Assembly (NCBI RefSeq): GCF_026210795.1
Contig: NC_089436.1
Span: 2,356,001-2,420,000, forward strand
Direction: 5' to 3'
DNA: 64,000 nt
Source of the DNA: Rhizophagus irregularis
Lineage: Eukaryota
Below the pieces are notes generated by a model. The model was not told where the DNA came from. It made no database searches and worked only from the letters and a program-made list of their open reading frames with translations. How positions within the stretch are numbered: position 1 is the first letter of the stretch; each line of letters opens with the position of its first letter. The position numbers and the translations under genes are program-made. Below, one piece after another: positions 51,760 through 62,899 of the stretch.

Positions 51760-53369
51760 CTTTCTGTTCTCAGAAGATTACAGATAGACACGTAAATAGC
51801 ACTAGCACTGTGTTGAGTATAGGTGAAAGGTTGAAACCAATCAAGATTAAAGAGAAGGCCTAGGTGTGTTGTTGCAGTTTCTGGTGTAAAGAAGGTATCA
51901 CCATTAAATGGGAAAGTTTTCCATACCTTACCATCATAAATATCTGAATAGGTATTAACCCCTCCTCTTTGAATTCCTGATAATTCCAGCATATCTTCAA
52001 ACCCAGGTCGTTGGTATAACATACTTAATTGCTGACGAATACTTGGTTTAGGATAAATCATACGAGGTACAGCAATTATTTCACCCTTTCTTTTTTTAAG
52101 AATAGAAAGTGGATTGTTGCATTTATTATGACGACTAGGTACTGGATTATCTGGGAATTCTTCATGTAGGCAATTTGCAATAGCAGCTTTTCCTTCTTCT
52201 TTGTATTCAACAATATTTCTAACATTATACAATTTATGACAATTGTTGCATACAGCTAACTGCATTTTTGGTTGAAAGATATTTAACATTTTTTTTGTAA
52301 GATATAAGGATACTGGAAAATTTTTAAATTGTGATTTATCTAAACGAGTAAGTACAATATGTAAGAATTTTATTAATACTTCAAGTGCTATATCTGGAAG
52401 TCTAAATCTTTGTTGAAATTTGAATACCCATAGAATAATTTCAGTTTCTATAGAATCATTTAAACTTTCCATCACAAATACTTCATCATTACCAATTTCA
52501 GGAGATGAAAAAAATTCTTCTATATCCTCCTCCTCCTCCTCATCATCTCCATTATCATCATCATCTTCTTCTTCATTATAATCGCCTTCATCTTCACTAC
52601 CATTATTTTCAGCACCATTATTCTCATCGCCATCATCCTCATTACCGTCATCCTCATCACCGTCATCCTCATTATCATCATTTTCTTCTTCTTCATTGTA
52701 ATATATATATTCATCGTTATCCTTATTTTCATCAGGTGCTGGAACATGAAAATAAGAAGGATTTGGCAATAATGGTGATGATGAAAATAATGTATGTATG
52801 TTTTCATTATTATTTGGTTGGAATGAATCAGTATCTTCATTGAAAGGATTAAAGCCACTATTATGTTGGGAAGAATCAAGATTAGAACTTGATGCCCTTT
52901 TTCGCTTTTTTGTAAGGTTTACATCTTGAATAATGATTAATCTTTTTTGTTTTCTCGCTGTAATAGTATCTTTCTGATTTTTCCTAGTATCCTCTGAGTT
53001 CCACAAACTTTCATCATTTGTATGATTTTCTTGAGTGCAAAAATCAACCTCTGCGCTGTCACAACGAATACAATGGCATAGATACAAATACCTTTTTCTG
53101 GGTTTTATTAAATCGGCCATTTTTGGTTTTTTTGATTTTATTGAATTGGCCGTTTTAGATTTTATTAAATCGGATACAGAGGTAGAGATTTCAATTTTAG
53201 TTTTTTTGGATTTTATTAAATCAGACACGGAGGCAGAAGTTTCAATTTTACTTTTCCTGGGTTTTACTAAATCAGAAACAGAGGTAGAGGTTTCAATTTT
53301 ACTTTTTTTGTGTTTTACTAAATCAGACACGGAGTTAAAGGTTTCAATTTTACTTTTTTTATTATTCAT
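51760..53369 (-). pseudogene. CACTA/EnSpm (Tnp2/Transposase_21-like) transposase, 3'-truncated
   Basis: CHCIRC, acidic tract, VCNNCHKLY, CNNPL, YPKPSIRQQL, DIYDGKVWK, LFNLDWFQPF...SAIYVSICNL.RTER; similarity stops after the first catalytic Asp region and the ORF runs into unrelated sequence. Confidence 0.8.
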
Positions 53370-53705
53370 TTTGTATTTTATGAAATAGCTAAGAAAGTTA
53401 AGGTTACAATTACTTAAATAAAGTACGCTTATTAAAAAATTTTCAAAAAAATTATCAATTCAATTTTTCCAAAATCAGGTTCTTCAATCACTTTTTTAGG
53501 ATCAGGAACAAGTTCGCGTTTAATTCTTCAATTTCGTGTTCAACCTTTCTTTTAGGATCAGATACACGTTCAATTCTTCCTTAAGATTAAGATTAGTTTC
53601 ACGTTTAATTCCTATTTCAAAATCAGTTTCACGTTTTTGGTAAGATAAAATAAACGTTTAATTATTCTTTTAGATCAGATTCGCATGCAGTTCTTCAAAA
53701 TCAAG

Positions 53706-53779
53706 TTCGCGTATCTCATGTCACTCATTCGCGTATCTCACGTCACTCATTCGCGTATCTTGCATTACTCATTCGCGTA
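53706..53779. repeat. 22-bp tandem repeat (TTCGCGTATCTCAYGTCACTCA) x3.3 between the divergent CACTA genes
   Basis: Units start at 53706, 53728, 53750 and 53772. Confidence 0.85.
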
Positions 53780-53870
53780 GTCAAATCTCAACAACTTCGA
53801 AATCTATAAATTTGCTCACAAATCTTTTTTCACAAATTCCTCTTCTCAATCAAAGCAATCAAAGTAGACA

Positions 53871-55019
53871 ATGATGGATAGTGATCAAGAATCTACCTCC
53901 TCATCTTCCTCATCATCTTCTACCTATTCATCTTCGTCCTTGTCAGACAATGCTATTCATTTGAATTAAAATATGTATCGAACAATTAAAGTAAGTATTT
54001 TTTTATTATCTGTCATTGAATTTTCCCAAATATTTACGTTTATTTATTATTTATAGAAAGAAGTCTTTATCTGGGTAGATTCTGAATTTAAGGATATATA
54101 TGAGATCGATAGTGATCGTACGTGGCTTGAGCAAAAAGAAAATATAATTACAAAATTACTTCCACCGCTTTATAAATTAGTCAACAAAAAGTATAATGTT
54201 TCAAATAGTGACATCTTAAAGATGTTACATAGACGTTGGCGTTCACGCCATCATGTAAGCAATATAAAGAAGCAAGAAGACGACAAAGTGAAAATGGATA
54301 GGAGGAGATTAAAGAAGAATTCAAGAACTATGGATGTTAGTAACCATTTTATTAATATGAAGTGGGAATTTAGTTGATTTTATTTAATTTTATAATTATT
54401 TATTATTATAGAAAAAAAAAAGAAGAGCTCAAGCGGCAAACTATTTAATAGAAAATAATGATAAATACATTCGTAGATACCCAGAGAAGGAGCTTGTACG
54501 AATTCTTAAGGAATCTGGTTATCATTCAGAGGAGTGGGAGGAAACTGATTCTGATGAAGAAAATGATATAATTGGTAAAGAATCTGCTGTTAAAGAAAAG
54601 ACAATGTCAATTCATATATATAAAACATGGTGGCGTTCTTCTGCAGTATGTACTATATATTTATGATTATTTTGTTTATTTTATTTATTAATAGTAATTA
54701 TTTATTAAAGCTTCAGCGTTTATTACATGATCAGATTGATCCGACCGTTGAAAAACTGAGGAAAAAACCTCGAATTCTAAAAATTAAAAGAGTTCAAAGA
54801 TGTAAAACAACAAGTATGTCTCCAGTGGATACACCAAATTGGTGTCTGACCGACGAGGCTCTTAAAAGATTTAATCGTTCAATAAATGAAATTCCAACAT
54901 ATGATTATAATACTGATCAAGATGAAGAAAGTGACGAATATCATAACGATGAATATGAAAATAAAAAAAGAAAAAATAAAAAAAACAAAAAAAGCAAAAA
55001 AAGGGGTAAAAAAACATAA
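53871..55019 (+). pseudogene. Divergent accessory ORF2 of the CACTA-like element, 4 exons, early stop
   Basis: ATG at 53871, TAA at ~53967; exons with MLHRRWRSRH, GYHSEEWEETD and WWRSSA (S-E..PWRS-type motif of EnSpm accessory proteins) and a basic NLS-like tail. Confidence 0.55.
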
Positions 55020-55374
55020 AAATAATTAAATATTATGATTAAATACTTTTATTAGGTTATTATTATCAATTGGCATTTATGTTGTGCCTCAGATCGATTC
55101 TTGCCTCAGATCGCAACTCACGCACCTCAGATTGAAATCGTCATGTGAGGTGCGTGATGTGGATCATTGATAATCTGAGGTGCCTCGGTTTTAATCTGAG
55201 GCAAATAAAAAATTTTTTTTTAAAAAAAATATCGATCGTTTTCTACTATTTTTTACTATTTTATTAATCTGAAATAGTGTTAGTTTAACTCATTAGTAAC
55301 TACACTAAAAATTACTTTAATTATTATAAAGTTTTTAATAAGAACGGTTCTTTACGGCTAATTGGCTCTTTGAG

Positions 55375-56240
55375 GTAAGTTCGGAAGCTTTTATTTTATT
55401 TTTTTTTTGTTTTTTTCTTTTTCGGAACGGTACTAACCATTCCTACCTTTTCTTTTTTTTGTTAAACATTTTAAGTAGGTTTTTTTTGTTTTTTTCTTTT
55501 TAGGAGCCGTATTTAACCCATTTCTTTTTTTTTTTTAATAGGAACGGTTAAAATGTTTTAAGGTAGAATTCAATTTTTATTTTATTTTTTCTTTTTTGAA
55601 CGGTACTAACCGTTTTTTTCTTTTTTTTTAGCATTTCGGCCTGGGCTCTCTCCCGGTAAATAGGTATGCTATAATGTTTACTATAGTGTTAGTTTCTTTC
55701 TCCTAGAACGGTACTGACCGTTCTTTTTCTTTTTTTTTTTTTAGCAGTTCAGCCTGGACTTTCTCCCGGTAAATATTTGGTGCTATGGTGTCTATGGTGT
55801 TAGTTTCCTTCTCCTAGAACGGTACTGACCGTTCTTTTTTCTTTTTTTTTAGCATTTCGGTCTGGTCTCTCTCCCGGTAAATATTTGGTGCTATGGTGTC
55901 TATGGTGTTAGTTTCTTTCTCCTAGAACGGTACTGACCGTTCTTTTTCTTTTTTTTTTTAGCATTTCGGTCTGGACTTTCTCCCGGTAAATATTTGGTGC
56001 TATGGTATCTGCGGTGTTGTTTTCTTTCTCATATGTTTAAATAATCGGCGTATTTGTAAAGTAGAACGGTACTGACCGTTCTTTTGTCTTTTTTTTAGCA
56101 TTTCGATTTGGACTCTCTCCCGGTAAATAGGTGGTGTTATGGTATCTATAATGTTGGTGTTTTCTTCTAGATATTAGCCATTCTCTTTTCTTTTTTTAAT
56201 AGGAATAGATTAATGGTTTTTTGAGAATAGGTAAATAAGA
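55375..56240 (+). repeat. Array of ~110-137 bp units in the left TIR, each shaped as an intron plus micro-exon
   Basis: 24-nt exon-like blocks at 55632-55655, 55745-55768, 55853-55876, 55962-55985 and 56099-56122, each preceded by TACTRAC plus T-tract plus AG and followed by GTAAAT. Confidence 0.85.
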
Positions 56241-56490
56241 TTTTGAGTAAGAAAACATGGATGTTAGAGAAATAAAAATTTATAATAAGAGGAACGAAAA
56301 AAAATTTAATGTAAAATCTGATATTGAATAATATAAAATTGTGTATAATCTATTAACAAATAAAATCAATGATTTAAGCATACATGAAATTACTTAAATT
56401 CAAATTCTTTATTATTTTTTCATATAAGACATCAGTAATAATGCATTTTTTTGACTAATTAATATATTTTTACATATAACAAATGCCGCA

Positions 56491-58359
56491 TCATTTATTT
56501 TGACATGAACGTCCACTATGGCATCTACTGCTACAGTCTCCACCTGCCTTCTTACAGCGACATTTATTACTATTGCATTCACCTTTACAATTACATATAC
56601 CCCCTGATACTAAACCCGCACTCTGAAGACGTGCAGCCTCTCTAATTGATATTTTGTTTAAGGGAATGACTTCTAATTCAGGAAAAGTTTCTGTTCCAAG
56701 TGGTTCTAATTCACTAGCAGAATAATACACTCCAATTATTCCAAATTTTGATCCCAAACTATATTTATTATTTTCAGTTTTTTCCATAATTTTACATGGC
56801 AAAGTGGGTCGATCAACACTAAATCTATCAATTTTAGGAACAGCAACCCTTACCAGATCACCAATCTGATATTCTTTAATTCTTTTTCTTCCCTTGCTCA
56901 TTTGATTGGCCATCTTATTTGTATAATCTTGAAGGTCTTGACGAGCCATATTTCTTAATACTTCGTGCTGTGTATTATTTGTAATATCTAAAAGGACTGG
57001 ATCAATAAGTACTATATGTCTATTATTTTCATTATCTTGATCTTGGACCACTGCTCTTTCAATATCTAATTGTTGAACTGGAATATTTGATTCTAATTGT
57101 ATTAGTATGATAAATAATAAAATTTGGCAATTAGATTAAAAAAAACATTTTATTAAATTTAATAAATATTATTGAAATTAATAATTTTTTTAGTATTAAA
57201 AACCTTACCTTTCAAATCATCTATTATATCACTATCCAAATCTTCAATACTATCATATATTTGTATAGTATCAGGTATATCCTCTTCATTATAGATATTT
57301 TTTGCAAATAATTCATCAATTAAAGTACAATTTCCACGTGGTTTATCACCATATACGAGTTCATATGGTGTTTTTTTATGGGACCGACACCATGAATTGT
57401 TCATAGCTGAAATAACAAATTTAAGACCAAAAGACCAATCAGTTCGGCCAGTATTCTCTCGCCACTTACCAAGCTTTTGTTGTAAAATTCCATTAGCACG
57501 TTCAACTAGGCCCTGAGACTGCGGATGTCGTAGACGACCATTTATAATCATTACTGTAGGCCACATTTCAATTAATTCCTTTATTACTCCCGCACAAAAC
57601 TCTTTCCCATTGTCAGACTGTAAAATAGTTGGAGGAGAGCCTAAAAAATGGAAAAGTTCAAAAAGATATGCTGCTACTTCAATAGCTCTTTTTGAAGTAA
57701 GAGCTCTGGCCCAAGAGAATCTTGTAAAGTGATCTCTTACATGGCAAATATATTTATATTCGCCATCTGCGTCAAATGATAAATCAATAAGATCCATCTA
57801 AAAAAAATAAAAAATAAATTAAATATAATAATAATAAAAAAAAGAATATAAAATAAATTAAATATTTACTTGCACACGAGATAGAAAATTCCTTGCAATG
57901 ATAGGCTTTGCTGCTAAAGGGTGAAATGATGGTTTTCGTACTGCACATATTGTACAATTATTAACAAATTGTTCTACAATATCTTGTTTAATCCAACCCC
58001 ACCTTTCTATAATAGACTTCCATGTCTGTCTTTGCCCACCATGCTGTGTAATTTCTGCATGAGTTCGACATAAAACTTCGTACATATTTTCTACAGCCAA
58101 CACTGGGTTGTTGTTTGCTGCAACAATTACCCTATAGTCACCAGGTGTTATTTCCTCAAGCTTAAACTTTTTCTTAATCCAACTACGTGTATTTTTATTA
58201 GAAATAGTATTATTTTTAGGTGTCTAACAATACTTCTTTAATTTTATTTAAAAAATTAAGATTTATCAAAGCTTTTTCTTGCTTTGACGTAGGGAGGTTG
58301 CCAATGTAACGTTCAATAATTCCATTAAATGTATCTCTGCTGATAAACGTATATTCCAT
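56491..58359 (-). CDS. Ginger transposase (HHCC zinc finger, rve DDE core, C-terminal Cys-rich CxC domain), 3 exons; one apparent extra base at ~58221
   Basis: HAEITQHGG...CTIC; QMDLIDL; QSDNGKEF-(36 aa between D and E)-SQGLVERAN; YQIGDLVRV; CNCKGECNSNKCRCKKAGGDCSSRCH; introns 57798-57868 and 57093-57208. Confidence 0.88.
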
Positions 58360-58699
58360 GACAAAACATATAGCTACAAACATGTGTTTTCAAGCTGTAA
58401 CGATATAAAGCATGTGTCTTCAGACTGTAACGAGATAAAATATGTGTTTTCAATCTGTTAACGCGATAAAACGTGTTTTCCATAAAAAAAAACTGTAATA
58501 AAAAAATGTTGTGTCTTTGTAAAGATTATCAATGATTTGCATCACACATATCACCTGACAATAATCTCAATTTTTAAGTTGATTTTATTTATTACACAAT
58601 TTTTATATTATTCAATATCAGATTTTACATTAAATTTTTTTTCGTTCCTCTTATTATAAATTTTTATTTCTCTAACATCCATGTTTTCTTACTCAAAAT

Positions 58700-59570
58700 C
58701 TTATTTACCTATTCTCAAAAAACCATTAATCTATTCCTATTAAAAAAAGAAAAGAGAATGGATAATATCTAAGAAAACACCAACATTATAGATACCATAA
58801 CACCACCTATTTACCGAGAGAGTCCAAATCGAAATGCTAAAAAAAAAGACAAAAGAACGGTCAGTACCGTTCTACTTTACAAATACGCCGATTATTTAAA
58901 CATATGAGAAAGAAAATAACACCGCAGATACCATAGCACCAAATATTTACCGGGAGAAAGTCCAGACCGAAATGCTAAAAAAAAAAGAAAAAAGAACGGT
59001 CAGTACCGTTCTAGGAGAAAGAAACTAACACCATAGACACCATAGCACCAAATATTTACCGGGAGAGAGACCAGACCGAAATGCTAAAAAAAAGAAAAAA
59101 AAAGAACGGTCAGTACCGTTCTAGGAGAAGGAAACTAACACCATAGACACCATAGCACCAAATATTTACCGGGAGAAAGTCCAGGCTGAACTGCTAAAAA
59201 AAAAAAAAGAAAAAAGAACGGTCAGTACCGTTCTAGGAGAAAGAAACTAACACTATAGTAAACATTATAGCATACCTATTTACCGGGAGAGAGCCCAGGC
59301 CGAAATGCTAAAAAAAAAAGAAAAAAAAACGGTTAGTACCGTTCAAAAAAGAAAAAATAAAATAAAAATTGAATTCTACCTTAAAACATTTTAACAGTTC
59401 CTATTAAAAAAAGAAAAAGAAATGGGTTAAATACGGCTCCTAAAAAGAAAAAAACAAAAAAAACCTACTTAAAATGTTTAACAAAAAAAAGAAAAGGTAG
59501 GAATGGTTAGTACCGTTCCGAAAAAGAAAAAAACAAAAAAAAAAATAAAATAAAAGCTTCCGAACTTACC
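58700..59570 (-). repeat. Mirror array in the right TIR, oriented toward the transposase ATG
   Basis: Reverse complement of the left array, e.g. exon-like blocks 58951-58974 and 58815-58836 (the latter 22 nt). Confidence 0.85.
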
Positions 59571-59936
59571 TCAAAGAGCCAATTAGCCGTAAAGAACCGT
59601 TCTTATTAAAAACTTTATAATAATTAAAGTAATTTTTAGTGTAGTTACTAATGAGTTAAACTAACACTATTTCAGATTAATAAAATAGTAAAAAATAGTA
59701 GAAAACGATCGATATTTTTTTTAAAAAAAAATTTTTTATTTGCCTCAGATTAAAACCGAGGCACCTCAGATTATCAATGATCCACATCACGCACCTCACA
59801 TGACGATTTCAATCTGAGGTGCGTGAGTTGCGATCTGAGGCAAGAATCGATCTGAGGCACAACATTTATACGAATTGATTAAAATAAAGTTGTATGTAAG
59901 ATTAATTTGAACATTCAATCCAATTAATTTTAAAAT

Positions 59937-60318
59937 CCCTATAAAAAATATTTTTGCTAAAATATACTTAAAATAAACTTAAAATTTTATTTTATACTTA
60001 AAATGTATTTAAAATTTTATTTTATACTTAAAATATACTGAAATAGGCAAAAATTAAATATTATTTAAGTATAATTTAAGTATATAATAATATACTTAAA
60101 ATATTCTTATTTTAAATATCCTTAAAATATACTGAAATAGGCAAAATTTAAATGTAAATTAAATATATTTTAAGTATATATTAAATACAATTTAATTCAA
60201 ATTTTACGAAAATTCAATTTTCAGTATATTTTAAGTATAAAATAAGAAAATTAAGTATATTTTAAAGAAAATTAAATATATTTTAAATATATTTTAAGTA
60301 AAATTTTTTTTTATAGGG
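59937..60318. mobile_element. AT-rich MITE with CCC...GGG termini
   Basis: CCCTATAAAAAA...TTTTTTATAGGG; AAAT on both flanks; internal TATACTTAAAA repeats switch orientation across the element. Confidence 0.7.
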
Positions 60319-60509
60319 AAATAAAATATGTATATTTTTAATATTTTCGTCAGTTATTCGTGATATCAGAAAAAATAAAAAAAAATTGAAAATAAAGGGT
60401 TTTATATGAATAAACGATTATCTTTAATATTAAAATACTTTTTTTAGTAATAATTTTAATATACCTCTTTGAATTATATAATACAAATACAATAAATAAA
60501 TATTTTGCA

Positions 60510-60712
60510 TATCGGTACCTGATATGTGTAAGATTGATTCAGTGTTACATATCAGTGACTAATCGTTTAGATATCGGGAATCCGATTTTTAGGCATATTT
60601 GATATGTTACATATTGGGTACCCGATATGTAATAAATGTCCGATATATATCTGATTAGTCACTGATATATAGGTACCCGATATGTACCCGATAGCATCAA
60701 TTTTGACCAGTG
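60510..60712. mobile_element. Right terminus of a CACTA-type element (CACTG TIR with subterminal repeats)
   Basis: Ends ...GCATCAATTTTGACCAGTG (reverse complement CACTGGTCAAAATTG); repeated GGTACCCGATATG and ATATCGG motifs; no matching left end found in the window. Confidence 0.6.
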
Positions 60713-61499
60713 AAAATAACTATAAAATGACATAATTTCATTTTAAATGATTTTTTTTTTGAGTTTCATTGTCATTTTTTTTTATTTTTATTTTAACTTT
60801 TTTCTTAATTTTATTGTAGTGATAATGTGCGAAAAATCATATGCTAAAGAGCTGCCTTTTTCACAAATTTAGTAATCACATATGAGTGAAAAGGTTTGAG
60901 AAAATGTAAGACAAACCATCACAAGTATGGCAACATGTCTCCTTCTTTATCATACTTTTATCCTGAATCAATTACAGAATGTCAAAGATTTTGTGTTTAT
61001 TTAAGAAAACTTAATTTTCTTAATCTAATGGAGACAAAAACAGATTTTAAAAGTCTAGGTGGAGAGAGTAAATTGAGTGACCAGTTGAAAAATTTTAGTA
61101 ATTTGGCAAAAAAGGCACGACAAGAATATATTATTGAAGTGTTTTACAAAAAAAGTTCAGTTTTTTCATTAGTATTTACAAGTAGTGCCATGGAATAGGA
61201 TCTAAAAAAAAAAGTGAATTGCTAGCCATATTACAAGAGGTATGAAATTTGCAAAGTGTAAATAATGAATTAGATGATATAGATGTAGTTTAGGCGAAAA
61301 AAAATATTTTTCAAATACAGAAATAAATTAGAAAAAATAATAAAATTATCTAAGATTTATTATTTCGAACGATCAAAGTAGCGATGTCAGTCATAGAATA
61401 TTCTGATCAACATTCTTTGATTGGCATATACAAAAATGGTAAGATCACTACCAATCAAAAATGCTTAAAAATGATTCCATTTATAATAAAATCCTGGAC

Positions 61500-62380
61500 T
61501 GTACTTAAGTCTAACGAATTTAAGTCTAACTGTTCTTATTACCCCATAAATAAATCTAACGATTTTCTTAAGTCTAACAAAAAATAATAAAATAAGTTTA
61601 ACAGTCCTTATTACCCCATAAATAAGTCTAACGAAAAATCATGTGACTTTAAATCTAATGAACATTTCTATATACAAGAATGCCTTCTGTATAAGCTAGT
61701 TCATTAAATAGCATAATTGTTAAATAAATCTAACAGGATTTTTGTTCCAACTTTTCTTTAATTAAGAATGGGTTTAATGCAGGCTAGCTTATTAAATAGC
61801 ATATTTTATATAAAAGTCTAACAAAATATCATCCTGTAAAAATCCAGAAGAAATCTGCGAAATTGTCCTAACTTTTCCTTAATCAAGAACAGATTCTGCG
61901 CAAGATAGCTTAGTAAATATTATAATGATTAAATAAATCTAATGAAAATAACTCTAATATTTCCCTAAAAAATCTGCAGAATTGTCCCAACTTTTCTTTA
62001 GTCAAGAACGGGTTCAGCACAAGCTAGCTCATCAAATAGCATAATAATTTAACAAAAAATTTAAGTCTGACTATTCCGCCCTGCCAGGAATTTTATAAGT
62101 CTAATAAGAAATATATATCAGAAATTGGCTTCGTATTGGCTAACTCCTTATCTAATACATTATTTATTTAAGTCTAACGATTCTGTCCTGCCAGGAAATT
62201 TATTAAATCTAACAAAAAAACAAATATCTTTCTATAAAATCCATGGAATTGTCCCAACTTTTCCTTAGTCAAGAATGGGTTCAGCATAGGCTAGTTCATC
62301 AAAATAGTATATTAATCATAAAACTTTAACGAAAAAATATGCTTTGCGCCTCCAGCTAAAAAGCAAGTCTAACAAAAATT
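61500..62380. repeat. Degenerate tandem array: ~120-bp AATTGTCCCAACTTTTCCTTAGTCAAGAAC...GCTAG units plus many AAGTCTAAC motifs
   Basis: Units start near 61742, 61861, 61981 and 62247; AAGTCTAAC/AATCTAAC recurs more than 10 times. Confidence 0.75.
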
Positions 62381-62899
62381 TAGTAAATACCCATTGGATA
62401 TTACGCTCAAAATTCTGGTTAAAATTAAGATAAAGTGCTAGCCGAAATGATCTATCCATTACTTTCTTGTATCTTTGATCAAAGCCTGTCATAATACTGA
62501 ATAACATAATAGCCTCTAACATGTAACGGGTATCAGCCACAAGCAGAAGCTGTAGGTTTCCTGCAATCAGAACATGGTATCCATTTTTTAGCTTTCCAAT
62601 GAAATCAGCAACTTTCTGGGTAAATGCAAGGGTTATTGCAAGCCTTTCCAGTATTACAAAGATACAAATATGAATATTCACCAATCATCCTATTTTTTAA
62701 CACTAAAATTCAAAAGATTAATTAATAAATAGTTAATACTTAAGTTTCATAATAACTTAAAACCGTTTTGGCAAGCCTGTAAATACCACCTTTGGTGACA
62801 ACTCTATAACCGGAAACTGAAAAGAATAGGAAATAATTAATTAAAAAAAAAATTTTATAAGCATGTAATAGCGTGACGATTAGAGTTAACTGATATACC

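Larger units (their letters stand above)
55080..59864. mobile_element. Ginger-type (integrase-like) DNA transposon, 4785 bp, with ~1.27-kb TIRs
   Basis: TGTTGTGCCTCAGATCG...CGATCTGAGGCACAACA termini; 4-bp TSD TTTA at 55076-55079 and 59865-59868; TIRs ~55080-56345 and ~58593-59864 nearly identical; central integrase gene with introns and no RT or gag. Confidence 0.92.

Noticed and set aside
52505..52879. His-rich and Met-rich ORFs
   Set aside because: Alternative frames of the acidic GAT/GAA tract of the CACTA transposase.
55600..56130. CRISPR array (palindromic repeat with spacers)
   Set aside because: The spacers are near-identical to each other, the array is mirrored in the other TIR, the context is eukaryotic and there are no cas genes.
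56491..58359. LTR retrotransposon integrase
   Set aside because: The flanking repeats are inverted rather than direct, there is no gag, protease or RT, and the gene has spliceosomal introns.
62316..62830. Minus-strand two-exon gene fragment
   Set aside because: Possibly real coding remnant, but I cannot assign a family or boundaries.
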